A stretch of DNA of 64,000 nt. Origin: Alphaproteobacteria bacterium (GTDB taxonomy: Bacteria; Pseudomonadota; Alphaproteobacteria; UBA828). The notes beneath the pieces were generated by a model that ran no database searches, had not been told where the DNA came from, and worked only from the letters and a program-made list of their open reading frames with translations. This document shows, piece after piece, positions 12,794 to 23,429 of the stretch; the stretch's first letter is position 1; each line of letters starts with the position of its first letter. A program made the translations under genes and the position numbers. Where the stretch lies: the NCBI GenBank assembly GCA_965237415.1, contig CBDEFM010000001.1:256001-320000 (forward strand), written 5' to 3'.

Positions 12794-13681
12794 ATGAGTG
12801 AAGAGAGGCAGCCCAACGAGACCTGTCGCGTCGCCGTGGAGGGCGGCGAGGTGGCCGTCTACAGCTACGGCGCGAGCGAGCGGATTCTGCTTGGTCTTCA
12901 CGGCGGCCCCGGTCTTCCCTGCGACTATGTGCGAGACAGCCATTCGGTGATGGCGGATCACGGCTATCGCGTGGTGGTCTATGACCAGCTCGGCTGCGGC
13001 CAGTCCGACAAACCGGACGATACCTCGCTCTTCAACGTGGCCCGCTATGTGGACGAGGTGGAGGCGGTTCGGTCCGCGCTCGGGCTCGGCCGGGTCCATC
13101 TGCTCGGGCAATCCTGGGGAACCTGGTTGGGCACCGATTACTGCCTGAAGTACCAGGATAACGTCGCATCCTACGTGATCGCGAACGGCTCAGGCTGTGT
13201 GCCGCACACGGTGGCGGAGATGAAGCGCCTTCGCGCCGCCCTGGGCCCCGAGACGGTGGCCATGATGCAGCGTCACGAGGCGCAAGGAACCACGGACCAC
13301 CCTGCCTATCAGGCCGCCATCACCATCCTGTACTTCAGGCACCTGTGCCGGGTCGACGAGTGGCCCGCGCCGCTGCAGCGCTCGCTCGACGGCATCAACA
13401 TGGCGGTCTACGGCACGATGTGGGGACCCAACGAGTTCTGCTGCGTCGGCACGCTCAAGGATTGGGACCGGCTCTCGGAGATGTCACGCATCACCGTGCC
13501 CTGCCTGATTGTGAGCGGCCTCCACGACGAGCTCACCCCGGAAGGCGCCATGCTCATGCAGGACGTGCTACCGAATGCAACGAGCGTCGTCTTCCCCAAC
13601 AGCTCGCACACGCCTTTCTTCGAAGAGCCCGACGCCTATTTCGCGGCGCTGCGCGACTTCCTCGATCGCCAGCCCGGCTGA
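12794..13681 (+). CDS. Proline iminopeptidase-family alpha/beta hydrolase
   Basis: HGGPG, YDQLGCG, GQSWG, MWGPNEF, SSH. Confidence 0.9.
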   Translation: MSEERQPNETCRVAVEGGEVAVYSYGASERILLGLHGGPGLPCDYVRDSHSVMADHGYRVVVYDQLGCGQSDKPDDTSLFNVARYVDEVEAVRSALGLGRVHLLGQSWGTWLGTDYCLKYQDNVASYVIANGSGCVPHTVAEMKRLRAALGPETVAMMQRHEAQGTTDHPAYQAAITILYFRHLCRVDEWPAPLQRSLDGINMAVYGTMWGPNEFCCVGTLKDWDRLSEMSRITVPCLIVSGLHDELTPEGAMLMQDVLPNATSVVFPNSSHTPFFEEPDAYFAALRDFLDRQPG

Positions 13682-13694
13682 GCCCTGCCGCTCC

Positions 13695-14480
13695 TCAGTG
13701 GATGCTGAGGCCGGCGCAGACATTGATCGCTTGCCCGGTCACGTAGCGTCCGGGATCGCCGGCGAGGCAAACGGCCATCTCGGCGATCGCGGTCGGCGGG
13801 ATCAGGGCGTTCATCATGTTGGTGCGCATGCTCTCGTCATAGACCTTCTCGTAGGGTTCGCCGAGATCGCGCGCCATGTTCTCGTGCAACTCCACCGCCA
13901 TTTTGGTCTCGATCCAGCCGGGACAGATGGCGTTCACCCGGATGTTGTGCTCGCCCACCTCGGCGGCGAGACAGCGCACGAAGCCGACCAGGCCGTGCTT
14001 GGTGGCGTTGTAGGCGGTCCACTCCGCATCCGCGGTCTTGGCGTTGGTCGAGGCGTTGAAGAGCTGCACGCCGCCGGCACCCTGCGCGATCATCGTCGGC
14101 AGCGTGTGCTTCGAAATCAGGTACGGCGCCTTCAGGTTGACGGCCATGATCCAGTCCCACATGGCCTCGTCCATGTCGACGACCTTGCTGTAATCGGCGA
14201 CTCCGGCATTGTTTACGACCACGTCGATGCCGCCGAGCCTCTCGATGGCGGCCTTGCACATCGCCTCGATGGCCGAAGGGTCTGTCAGATCGGCGGGGGC
14301 GGCAAAGGCCTTGCCGCCAGCGTCGGCGATGGCCTCTAGGGTCTCCGCCGCTCGTGCCTCGCTCCGTGCGTGGATTGCGACCGTCGCGCCTTCTCGTGCG
14401 TAAGCCTCCGCGATCGCGCGCCCGATGCCGCTCGCCGCGCCTGTGACGAGTGTCCGTTTGCCCTCCAGTCCTACTCTCAT
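13695..14480 (-). CDS. Short-chain dehydrogenase/reductase
   Basis: TGAASGIG, NNAG, YNATK, ICPG. Confidence 0.9.
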   Translation of the reverse strand: MRVGLEGKRTLVTGAASGIGRAIAEAYAREGATVAIHARSEARAAETLEAIADAGGKAFAAPADLTDPSAIEAMCKAAIERLGGIDVVVNNAGVADYSKVVDMDEAMWDWIMAVNLKAPYLISKHTLPTMIAQGAGGVQLFNASTNAKTADAEWTAYNATKHGLVGFVRCLAAEVGEHNIRVNAICPGWIETKMAVELHENMARDLGEPYEKVYDESMRTNMMNALIPPTAIAEMAVCLAGDPGRYVTGQAINVCAGLSIH

Positions 14481-14520
14481 GACTCTCTCTCCAGGGTTGC
14501 CGCCAGCGTGACCGGGTTGT

Positions 14521-15231
14521 CTAGGCGACGCCCAGATAGGTCTGCTGCACCTTGTCATTCTCGCGCAGGTCGGCCGCCGGGCCTTCGAGAACGATCCGTC
14601 CCGTCTCCATCACGTACCCCTTCTGGGCAAGCGCAAGGGCAAGCCGGGCGTTCTGCTCGACCAGCACGATGGTCCGTTTCTCGGTGTGCAGCGCGCGGAT
14701 GATGCGGGCGATTTCGCGGCACATGATGGGAGACAACCCGAGCGACGGCTCGTCCATCAGGATCACGTTGGGTCTCGACATCAGGGCGCGGCCCATGGCG
14801 AGCATCTGCTGCTCGCCGCCGGAGAGCGTGCCCGCGAGCTGGCTGGCGCGCTCCTGCAAGCGCGGGAACCGCCTGAAGACATCGTCGAAATCCGCACGCA
14901 GACCGTCCGCGTCCTTGCGCAAGTAGGCGCCCATCTCCAGATTCTCGCGCACGGTCATCATGGGGAAGACACGCCGCCCCTCGGGCACATGGGCGATGCC
15001 AAGTCCGGCGATCTTCTCCGGCGAGGCGCCGTTGATGCGCGCGCCCCCCAGGCGGATTTCGCCGCCGCTCAGACGCTCGAGGCCGGAGATCGCCCGCAAT
15101 GTGGTGGACTTCCCCGCGCCGTTGGCACCGATCAGGGTGACGATCTCCCCCTCCTCGACGCCGATGGAGATCCCCTTGACGGCTTCGATCTTGTTGTAGC
15201 TGACCGATACGTTCTCGAGTTCAAGCAGCAA
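14521..15231 (-). CDS. livF: Branched-chain amino acid-type ABC ATPase
   Basis: GANGAGKST, VPEGRRVF, LSGGEQQ, VEQN. Confidence 0.9.
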   Translation of the reverse strand: MLLELENVSVSYNKIEAVKGISIGVEEGEIVTLIGANGAGKSTTLRAISGLERLSGGEIRLGGARINGASPEKIAGLGIAHVPEGRRVFPMMTVRENLEMGAYLRKDADGLRADFDDVFRRFPRLQERASQLAGTLSGGEQQMLAMGRALMSRPNVILMDEPSLGLSPIMCREIARIIRALHTEKRTIVLVEQNARLALALAQKGYVMETGRIVLEGPAADLRENDKVQQTYLGVA

Positions 15232-16006
15232 AGTCGTCGTCTCCCAAGATGTCCTCGGAGCCGAGATAGGCCTCGATCACCTCCGGGTTAGAAACGATCT
15301 CCGCCGGCACACCTTCCGTCAGCTTCTTTCCGAAATTCAGGACCGTGATGTACTCGCAGAGGCCCATCACAGTCTTCATGTCGTGCTCGACCAACAGGAT
15401 CGTGATGTTCCATTCGTCGCGCAGCTTCCGAATTATTGCGGTCATGCGCTCTGTCTCGGCCGGATTCATCCCGGCGACGGGCTCGTCCAGCATGAGGATG
15501 CGGGGTTCCGTGGCGAGCGCCATCGCGACACCGAGCGCGCGCTGATGACCGTGCGAGAGATTGGGCGCGAGTTCGTCTCTGAACGCACTCAGGCCGATGT
15601 AATCGAGAATCTCCAGAGCCCGCCTCTCATTGGCCTTCTCCATGCCGCGCGCCGTGCCGACAATCGCGCCGAACAGGCTCTCGCGCGCATGCAGGTGCCG
15701 TGCGATCAGCACATTCTGAAGCACCGTGAAGTCGCTGAACATCGCGGAGCGCTGAAAAGTGCGCACTCCACCCTTGCCTGCGATCCGGCTCGGGCGCAGG
15801 CCGGTGAGCTTGTCGCCGTTCAGGAAGACGTCGCCGGAGGTCGGCCTGTAGGTGCCCGAGATGACGTTGAAGAGCGTCGTCTTGCCTGCCCCGTTCGGCC
15901 CGATGACGCCGCGGATTTCACCTTCCTCGACCGTCATGTCGAGATCGGAAATGGCGAGGAGGCCGCCGAAGCGCTTGGTCAGTTGTCTGACTTCGAGAAG
16001 CGCCAC
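15221..16006 (-). CDS. livG: Branched-chain amino acid-type ABC ATPase
   Basis: GPNGAGKTT, RTFQ, VEHDM, VIEAYLG. Confidence 0.9.
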   Translation of the reverse strand: MALLEVRQLTKRFGGLLAISDLDMTVEEGEIRGVIGPNGAGKTTLFNVISGTYRPTSGDVFLNGDKLTGLRPSRIAGKGGVRTFQRSAMFSDFTVLQNVLIARHLHARESLFGAIVGTARGMEKANERRALEILDYIGLSAFRDELAPNLSHGHQRALGVAMALATEPRILMLDEPVAGMNPAETERMTAIIRKLRDEWNITILLVEHDMKTVMGLCEYITVLNFGKKLTEGVPAEIVSNPEVIEAYLGSEDILGDDDFAA

Positions 16007-16017
16007 GATTTCGGCCC

Positions 16018-17064
16018 CTATGTGCGCGATGCGAACGTCGTCACCCAGGCGCGCAGACGTTCGAGTTGCTGGCCCGGCGGTGTGCGGAGCGCATTGGCGA
16101 CCTTAGGGAACAGGCTTTCCAGCCCGCCCGGCAAAAAGATGAGGAAGAAGATCAGGACGGTGCCGAACATCAGCGGTCGCCATTCCAGCAGCGGCCGGCT
16201 CCATTCGAAGGCGATGGTCACAACGACCAGTCCCACGATCGGACCCCAGAAGGTGGCGATACCGCCGACCACCACCCAGATGATCAGATAGATCATCGTG
16301 GTCAGGTCGAAGTTGCGAGGATCGATCGAACCCATTCGGTACGCCAGCAGAGCGCCCGCGATACCGGCGAAGAACGCGCCCGCGATGAAGGCGAGGCTGC
16401 GGTAGCGCGCGACGTCGATACCGACGCATTCGGCCAGAAGGTCGTCGCTGTGGATCGACTTCCAGGCGTTCCCGAGGCGCGACTTGTCGAGCCTCCACAT
16501 AATGAAGACGGCGGCAAGCATGACGATAAAGCAGGTGAAGTAATAGGGCACCGGCGGCGACAGCCTGAGCCCGACGATCTCCGGCGACGGGATATTGATG
16601 ATCCCACGCGTACCGCCGAACGGGAACTGCACCTTCACCCAGATAAGCCGGATCAGCTCACCCATGGCGAAGGAGCCGATGAAGAAGCCGAAGCCCGCCG
16701 TTCGCAGCAGTGGCACGATGAAGGCGGCGCCCACGATTGCCGCGGTGATCCCCGCCATCGGTACAACGACACCGAAGGGCAGCCCGGCATGCTTGGCTAT
16801 GAGCGCCGCGCCATAGGACCCTGCGCCCATCAGCACCACATGGGCGAAGCTCCAATCCCCGGTCGTGGTGATGAGCCGGTAGCTCGTCACCATGATGACG
16901 TTGATGAAGAATACGATCGCGAGCTCGCGGTGATAGGGCTTCAGCTCGAAGCCAAGGACACACAGGACGGCGAGCACCGCGGCGAGAAGGAGCAGCGGGG
17001 CGAACCGCCGCATCGCGTTCGCGGTCGCTTGGCTGGTCTCCACCGCTTCGTCAGGCGCGCTCAC
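16018..17064 (-). CDS. livM: Branched-chain amino acid-type ABC permease
   Basis: Polytopic membrane protein, VVVGG...GP, operon context. Confidence 0.85.
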   Translation of the reverse strand: MSAPDEAVETSQATANAMRRFAPLLLLAAVLAVLCVLGFELKPYHRELAIVFFINVIMVTSYRLITTTGDWSFAHVVLMGAGSYGAALIAKHAGLPFGVVVPMAGITAAIVGAAFIVPLLRTAGFGFFIGSFAMGELIRLIWVKVQFPFGGTRGIINIPSPEIVGLRLSPPVPYYFTCFIVMLAAVFIMWRLDKSRLGNAWKSIHSDDLLAECVGIDVARYRSLAFIAGAFFAGIAGALLAYRMGSIDPRNFDLTTMIYLIIWVVVGGIATFWGPIVGLVVVTIAFEWSRPLLEWRPLMFGTVLIFFLIFLPGGLESLFPKVANALRTPPGQQLERLRAWVTTFASRT

Positions 17065-17920
17065 GGCCCAAGAGCCCCTGTGGCCGGACGATCAGGGTGA
17101 TTGCCATGAAGCCCACGCCCACCATCGTCGCGATCAGGTTGTCGGTGACCGTGGTGACGAAGGTGTGGATGAATCCGAGGATGGCAGCCGCCAGAATCGC
17201 ACCCTCGATACTCGCCATCCCGCCCACGATGACGACCACGAAGGCGATCAGGATGACGCCGTGCCCCATATAGGGTGTCACGGAATGGATCGGCGCCATG
17301 AGCGCGCCGGCGAGCCCCGTCGAGGCACCGGCGAGCGCCATCGCCAGCGCCGTCATGCGGTTGGTGCGAATGCCCTGCAGCGCGGCGATCTCCGGATCCT
17401 GCGCGCAGGCGCGCAACGCCTTGCCCAGCTTGACGCGATAGAGGAAGAAGCGCAGCGCCAGCAACATTGCAAACGCGCAGGGGATCACGATCAGGCGTTG
17501 CCAGCCGAGCGTGGCGTCGCCGATGTCAGCGGCGCCCATATAGGGGGTCGGGATGCTCTTTGCCATCCCGACCCCCCAAATTTGCCCCGCGGCGACTTGC
17601 AGAATAAATGCTAACCCGGCAGTCGCCATGAAGCCGGCAAGGATGTTCTTGCGGGTTGGACGGAAGATTAAGCGCTCCGTCACCAACCCGAACAGGGCGA
17701 CGATCGGGATCGCAAGAACGACCGCCAGAGGAAACGGCAGGCCGACGAGCGCGTAGAGAACGTAGACGCAGTAGGCGCCGACCATGAAGAACTCGCCATG
17801 GGCGAAGTTCGCCATCTTCATGACGCCGAAGGCGAGCGCGAGACCGACCGCAACGAGCGCGTAGATCGACGACGCCACCACTGAATTCAGCAGCGTCTGG
17901 ATCAGGGTAGCGGCGTCCAT
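17051..17920 (-). CDS. livH: Branched-chain amino acid-type ABC permease
   Basis: YALVAVGLAL.FG..NFAHGE, GKALRA, RPQGLLG. Confidence 0.9.
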   Translation of the reverse strand: MDAATLIQTLLNSVVASSIYALVAVGLALAFGVMKMANFAHGEFFMVGAYCVYVLYALVGLPFPLAVVLAIPIVALFGLVTERLIFRPTRKNILAGFMATAGLAFILQVAAGQIWGVGMAKSIPTPYMGAADIGDATLGWQRLIVIPCAFAMLLALRFFLYRVKLGKALRACAQDPEIAALQGIRTNRMTALAMALAGASTGLAGALMAPIHSVTPYMGHGVILIAFVVVIVGGMASIEGAILAAAILGFIHTFVTTVTDNLIATMVGVGFMAITLIVRPQGLLGRERA

Positions 17921-17939
17921 GCGACTGGGTTCCGAGAAA

Positions 17940-18037
17940 CGGTCTCCGGACTATCCGGAGACCGCTGGTCCGTACACTGTCGACCGATACGGAAGAACGG
18001 GGCGAGCGATCATGACGTTGTTTTGCTCGCCCCGTTC
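17940..18037. terminator. Two stem-loops between binding-protein and permease genes (mRNA stabiliser or attenuator)
   Basis: CGGTCTCCGGA-cta-TCCGGAGACCG and AACGGGGCGAGC...GCTCGCCCCGTT. Confidence 0.5.
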
Positions 18038-18043
18038 ACATGC

Positions 18044-19354
18044 TTACTGGCGCTGATCCCACATCTGACCGCGCGCCCGCACCTCGGCGATGATCGCCTC
18101 CTTATGGGCGTCGAACCACGGCTCGAAGCGCATCATGGAGACGATGCGCTTGCACTTGCAGTCGGCGTCGAAGACGTTGGTCGGGATCGGGTGCGACATC
18201 ATGTTCCTGATGCCCCACATGTCTTCGCCCGAGATCAGTGCCGGCCCCTCGATGGTCATGATGGCCCTCTCGGCCCGGATGGCCTCGAGCACGGCATCGG
18301 GATCGAAGCTGCCGGCCTTCTGCAGGCCGTGCAGATAGACCTGAACGATCGGCATGTAGAGCCAGTCGATTCCGGTCATCGGCGCGTTCACGTCTTCCGG
18401 TGCCCCGTCGCCGAAGCGCGCCTGCCAATCCTCGACGAACTGGCTTTGCATTGAGGGATTGCCCCACCAGGGGTCGTCCATGGTCGGATAGCTGTCGTAG
18501 CCGCCGACCTTCGCGGCCCACTCAGGCGGCACCTTCTGCAGCACCGATTCCCACTCGATGTAGTTCGCGTTGATGGGTCCTTCGAAGCCCTGCTGATAGA
18601 GCTGCTCCATCACGAGCGGAATAAAGTCCGGCCAGGTGATATTGAGCGCCACGGCATCCGGCTTGGCCGCGAGCAACGCGGTGACGACCGGCGCGAAGTC
18701 GGTGGTCTCAGGCGAGAAATGCTCGTCGTAGACGATCTCCCATCCTGCCGCCTTGGCCGCGCCCACTTCCCAGCTCTGCCCGACGAAGGTAACCGCGTCC
18801 TCCTGAGCGATGACCCCATAGGTGCGGAGCTCGGGATAGATGTTCTTGATGTAGAGCGGACGCATCATTTCGCCACGAGGGAACGAGTCCTCGCCGGCGA
18901 TCACGTAGGGGCGGTTGGGGTTGATGTCGGTGGACGCAAGCGGTGCATAGAACACTCCATTGTCCATCAAGAACGGAATCTGGGAATCTCCGGTCGTGCC
19001 GCCGACACCCAGCACCATCTTGACTTCGCTCTCGAAGACGAGCTGCTTCGCGCCCTGAAGGGCTTTGCTCGGAACATATTCGTTGTCGAACTGGTGAATC
19101 TCGATCGGATGGCGCGTATCGCCGACCAGGAGCCCGCCGTCCGCATTGACCCAATCCGCCAGAATTTGCAGGCCGGTAAGCCCGGGAAGACCCCAGCCCG
19201 CAACCGGGCCGGACAACGGCGCATTGAAGCCGATGCCGATGGGATCCCCGATCTTCTCCTCCGCGTTCGCGTCGGGCAGCGTGCCGAACGCGAGGGCGCC
19301 CGCAGCAGTGAGTATCCCGACTGACCGAAGGGCCATCCTTGCTATCGACTTCAT
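18044..19354 (-). CDS. LivK-type ABC substrate-binding protein
   Basis: Signal peptide, IGFNAPLSGPVAGWG, TTDFAPVV, operon context. Confidence 0.88.
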   Translation of the reverse strand: MKSIARMALRSVGILTAAGALAFGTLPDANAEEKIGDPIGIGFNAPLSGPVAGWGLPGLTGLQILADWVNADGGLLVGDTRHPIEIHQFDNEYVPSKALQGAKQLVFESEVKMVLGVGGTTGDSQIPFLMDNGVFYAPLASTDINPNRPYVIAGEDSFPRGEMMRPLYIKNIYPELRTYGVIAQEDAVTFVGQSWEVGAAKAAGWEIVYDEHFSPETTDFAPVVTALLAAKPDAVALNITWPDFIPLVMEQLYQQGFEGPINANYIEWESVLQKVPPEWAAKVGGYDSYPTMDDPWWGNPSMQSQFVEDWQARFGDGAPEDVNAPMTGIDWLYMPIVQVYLHGLQKAGSFDPDAVLEAIRAERAIMTIEGPALISGEDMWGIRNMMSHPIPTNVFDADCKCKRIVSMMRFEPWFDAHKEAIIAEVRARGQMWDQRQ

Positions 19355-19554
19355 GGTACCTCCCTTTCTCCTGACTGCGCCTTACTTAGTCATGTGAACC
19401 GCTAGCAGCCGGGCAGCATAGTCCTGCGGGAATCGCGGTTCAAGGCGCCCTCCCCCCAGGGCATGGCCAGGCATCCGCGCAGGATCACCCCCGCACATGC
19501 GACGCGCCGAGACCTTGGCGAGTGACCGCGCCGAGGTCGAGGCCAAAGCCAGCG

Positions 19555-19660
19555 CATCGCGCCAGCGCCGGAAGGTCCGCTCCGACACGCCGAGCACCTC
19601 CGCCGCCTCGGCCTGGCTCAACGGCCGCGCCGTGGTCCGCGCATACACCTCCTCACGCAC
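19555..19660 (-). pseudogene. N-terminal HTH remnant of a transposase (ISNCY/IS481-like)
   Basis: LSQAEAAEVLGVSERTFRRWRD. Confidence 0.55.
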
Positions 19661-19766
19661 CTTCGGTTCTAACTATTTGAAATAGGGTCGGTTTTCTCCT
19701 GAAATTCGGTGTCGGGGAACGGATTCTGCAACTTTTCGTTCCCCGGCTGCAACCGCAACCGGGAGA

Positions 19767-20894
19767 ATGAACATGTCCAGAATCGCGTTCACCGAGGCCC
19801 GTATCAGGGCGCTCAAAACGCGCAAGGCAGCTTACGACCTACGCGACAGCAAGCTCACCGGATTCGGCGTCCGGGTCCTGCCCTCGGGCCGCAAACGCTT
19901 CTTCATCCACTGTCAGCATAGGGGGGAGCGCCTCTGGAAGATCGTCGGCGACCCCGCGACGATGGATGTCCGCGAGGCACGGTCTCAAGCCACGGCGATG
20001 CTCGCCGCGATCCGGCGGGGCGAGGATGTGCCGGGCGAAACGGGCGGGGATTACTTCGAGGCGGTCGCCGAGACCGTGTTCCGGCGTCACGAACGGGTCT
20101 GGAAGTCGAGGACCCTTTACGTGAACCGGTGTTATCTGCGCAATCAGCTCCTGCCGCATTTCGCCGGACGCCGGGTCGCGGACATCGGCATGGACGATGT
20201 CCGGAACTGGTTTGCTTCGCTGCGTGCAACCCCGGTCGCGGCGGATCGCTCCATGCCGGTGCTTTCCGTCATCATGCGGGAGGCGGAAGCGATGGGCCTT
20301 CGGCCCGAGGGGTCCAACCCGTGCCGAGGCATCAGGCGATACCGCCGGAAGGGGCGGGAGCGCTTCCTGTCCGACGAAGAGATCCGCAGGTTGTCCGCAA
20401 CGCTGTCGGCCCATGCGGACCGTCGCCCCGGACAGGTTGCGGTCATTCGCCTTCTCCTGCTGACCGGATGCCGCCAAGGCGAGATCCTGACACTGCGCTG
20501 GTCGGACTATCGCGAAGGCCATCTGTTCCTCCGGGACAGCAAGACGGGCCCCAGAACCGTCTGGCTGTCGGACCCGGCCAGGCGCATTCTCGATACCCTG
20601 GAGCGAACCGGTCCATGGGTCTTTCCGGCCGCGCAGCGGGACCGCCCGCGGAGCGCGGGGTGGCTGCACCGGTTCTGGTACCGGGTCCGCACGGAACCCG
20701 GCCTGTGCGACGTGCGCCTTCACGACCTGCGCCACACTCATGCCAGCATCGCCCTGAAGCAGGGCGCAACCGTCCTCGCGATCGGCAGGCTGCTCGGACA
20801 CCGCAGCCCAGAGACGACGCTCAAATATACCCATCTCGCCGACACGATGGTCCACGAGGCCGCCGAGACGGTCGGCGCCGTGCTTGAGGGCTGA
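19767..20894 (+). CDS. Tyrosine recombinase/integrase A with arm-binding domain
   Basis: D..LTGFGVRV, LLTGCRQGE, DSKTG, HDLRH, LLGH, KYTH. Confidence 0.92.
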   Translation: MNMSRIAFTEARIRALKTRKAAYDLRDSKLTGFGVRVLPSGRKRFFIHCQHRGERLWKIVGDPATMDVREARSQATAMLAAIRRGEDVPGETGGDYFEAVAETVFRRHERVWKSRTLYVNRCYLRNQLLPHFAGRRVADIGMDDVRNWFASLRATPVAADRSMPVLSVIMREAEAMGLRPEGSNPCRGIRRYRRKGRERFLSDEEIRRLSATLSAHADRRPGQVAVIRLLLLTGCRQGEILTLRWSDYREGHLFLRDSKTGPRTVWLSDPARRILDTLERTGPWVFPAAQRDRPRSAGWLHRFWYRVRTEPGLCDVRLHDLRHTHASIALKQGATVLAIGRLLGHRSPETTLKYTHLADTMVHEAAETVGAVLEG

Positions 20895-20897
20895 GCG

Positions 20898-22046
20898 GTG
20901 GCGCACAAGAAACGCGTGCGACTCACCGATACGGCCATCGCCCGCCTGCGCCCCCGCGAGCGGGAATATACGGTCTGGGACGGGAGCCTGCCCGGTCTCG
21001 GGGTCCGGGTCCGTCCGTCCGGAGGACGCAGCTGGATATTCCTGCTCAAGACGGATGGAGGGACCCGCAAGATCTCCCTCGGGCCGGCGGCGCTGAAGAT
21101 AGCCGAGGAGGCCCGCCGCGAGTGCCACGTCCTGTCCGCGGCGCCCGGCCACGAGCGCGAGCCCGAGGAGACCGGGCACGTGGCACCTTTGTTCCGGGCT
21201 TTCGTCGCCGGCGCGTGGAAGACGGCTCACTTCAACCGGTACAAGCCTTCGACGCGGAGGGGCGTGCGATATGTCCTTGCCAGGCAGCTCTTGCCCGCGT
21301 TCGGATCGAGGCCATTGGATCGAATATCCCGGGCACAGGTCAGATGCTGGTTCGACACATTCAGCCAGACCGCCCCGGCGGGTGCCAACCGTGCTCTCGA
21401 CATCTTGCGGCAGATCATGAACTTCGCAATCGCCTGCGGCCACATCGACGCCAATCCCGCGCGCGGCGCAAAAAGGAACCGACGTCAGCCGCTCACCCGC
21501 TTCCTGTCCCGCGAGGAGATCGGCCGCCTCCATAGCGTCCTGGACAAGCAGTCCGGCAAGAGCCGCACGCGGCAGGCCGACATCATCCGGCTTCTGCTGC
21601 TCACCGGATGCCGCAAAAGCGAGATCGTGCAGCTGCGCCGGTCCGAGGTCCGGGACGACGTGCTCACCTTGGCCGACAGCAAGACCGGGCCGCGAAACGT
21701 GCCCCTCAACGCAGGAGCCCGGCGCATCCTCGAACGGCAGCCCCAATGCGGGAGCCCGTTCGTGTTTCCGTCGCCCCGCGACCCGGCCCGGCCGCGCAGT
21801 CTCAACCTCCCGCTATGGTATCGGGTCCGGCGGGAAGCCGGGATCGAGGATGTCCGTCTTCATGATCTCCGCCATACGGTGGCGAGCCATGCCGTCATGA
21901 ACGGGGTGCCGGTGCCGGTGGTATCCCGGCTGCTCGGCCACTCCAATGTGCGCATGACGCTACGCTATGCCCATCTCGGGGACCGGGAAATCGAGGCTGC
22001 GGCCGAAAGCATCGGCCAATTCATCGCCGATATCATGGACATGTAG
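20898..22046 (+). CDS. Tyrosine recombinase/integrase B (paralogue of A)
   Basis: WDGSLPGLGVRV, LLTGCRKSE, HDLRH, LLGH, RYAH. Confidence 0.92.
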   Translation: MAHKKRVRLTDTAIARLRPREREYTVWDGSLPGLGVRVRPSGGRSWIFLLKTDGGTRKISLGPAALKIAEEARRECHVLSAAPGHEREPEETGHVAPLFRAFVAGAWKTAHFNRYKPSTRRGVRYVLARQLLPAFGSRPLDRISRAQVRCWFDTFSQTAPAGANRALDILRQIMNFAIACGHIDANPARGAKRNRRQPLTRFLSREEIGRLHSVLDKQSGKSRTRQADIIRLLLLTGCRKSEIVQLRRSEVRDDVLTLADSKTGPRNVPLNAGARRILERQPQCGSPFVFPSPRDPARPRSLNLPLWYRVRREAGIEDVRLHDLRHTVASHAVMNGVPVPVVSRLLGHSNVRMTLRYAHLGDREIEAAAESIGQFIADIMDM

Positions 22047-22164
22047 AATGACCGTTGGCCGGCGTATTCGCCTCGTACCGCTGGTCCGTGGGGTGTGAAA
22101 ACCAACGCGGCTCCGCCCTTGTAGCCGGACGACGGCACAGCTTATGGTTAGGACTCTTTGCTGT

Positions 22165-22257
22165 TTGTTGGTCGGCGCGCGGATTGGACGCCGATCGGCG
22201 CGCTAACTAGTTGTTTTCTTTTGACTCATAGGGGTCAACATCGCGCGCTTAACAACA
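22165..22257 (+). repeat. ~92-bp imperfect palindromic repeat R1
   Basis: TGTTG-TCGGCG...CGCCGATC...TAAnnnnTTG...GGGGTCAA...AACAACA; aligns with 26221-26311 and with the reverse complement of 27199-27291. Confidence 0.8.
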
Positions 22258-22442
22258 CTCAAGCTCGCTGCGCTCCTCCGCAGTCAACTTGATCTCCACC
22301 GATGGCCGCATCACCATGCCCCCCGATTCGATACCACCCCTTTAACAATACGAACTTTTGGGAATTATATCGAATAGTCACATTTTCCGCTTGACCATGC
22401 GCCCATCAATCTTTATCTTATAGTCACACAAGGGGATTGAAG

Positions 22443-23429
22443 ATGGCTCGCAAGGCACCCGGTAAATCGCATCGCAAGGGACTGACCTTCATGGAGGTCG
22501 CCGACATGTTCCGCGACGAAGAGACGGCGCGGGAGTGGATCGAGAAAGAGCGCTGGCCCGATGGCCCGTACTGCCCAAAGTGCGGATCGTTCAACGTCCA
22601 GTCCAAGATCAAGCACAAGACCATGACGCACCGTTGCCGGGAGTGCATGAGCGGCAAGAGCAAGACCATGTTCACCGTCCGCATCGGCACCGTCATGGAA
22701 AGCACGAAGATGCCCTACCGCGCTTGGGCGGTCGGCATTTACCTGTTCACGACGAACATCAAGGGCGTGTCGTCCATGAAGCTGCATCGCGAACTGGGCA
22801 TCAGTCAGAAGGCGGCATGGTTCATGCTGCATCGGCTGCGGCTGGCGTTTGACGCCGAGACCGGGCCGTTCACGGGGCCGGTGGAAGTGGACGAAACGCA
22901 TATCGGTGGCAAGCGGAAGAACAAGCCGTTGGCGAAACGGAAAGAGCTGAAAGGTCGCGGCGCGGTGGACATGACCACCGTTGCCGGGGCGAAGGACCGC
23001 GAGACCAACCGGATTGCGGCCCGCGTCGTTGCAGATACCGATGCGCCGACGCTGCAAGGTTTCGTTCGCGAGCACGCCAAACCCGGCGCGACGGTCTATA
23101 CGGACGAGGCGAGAGCCTACAAGGGGATGCCCGAATTCACCCATGAGGCCGTCAATCACAGCGTCGGCGAATATGTCCGCGATATGGCTTCGACGAATGG
23201 CATGGAGAGCTTCTGGTCCATGCTGGAGCGCGGGCATCAGGGCATCTACCACAAGTTCTCGCCGAAGCATCTTGATCGCTACGTGACGGAATTCGCCGGC
23301 CGGCATAACGACCGCGAAGCCGATACCGTCGATCAAATGACGGGGATCGTTGCGGGCATGGTCGGGAAACGGCTGACCTATGCCGATCTGACCGCGGACA
23401 ATGGGCTGGACTCGGGAGCGCGCTCATGA
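22443..23429 (+). CDS. IS1595-family transposase
   Basis: Zn ribbon CPKC/CREC, VEVDET, YTDE, VNHS, TNGMES, HLDRYVTEF. Confidence 0.95.
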   Translation: MARKAPGKSHRKGLTFMEVADMFRDEETAREWIEKERWPDGPYCPKCGSFNVQSKIKHKTMTHRCRECMSGKSKTMFTVRIGTVMESTKMPYRAWAVGIYLFTTNIKGVSSMKLHRELGISQKAAWFMLHRLRLAFDAETGPFTGPVEVDETHIGGKRKNKPLAKRKELKGRGAVDMTTVAGAKDRETNRIAARVVADTDAPTLQGFVREHAKPGATVYTDEARAYKGMPEFTHEAVNHSVGEYVRDMASTNGMESFWSMLERGHQGIYHKFSPKHLDRYVTEFAGRHNDREADTVDQMTGIVAGMVGKRLTYADLTADNGLDSGARS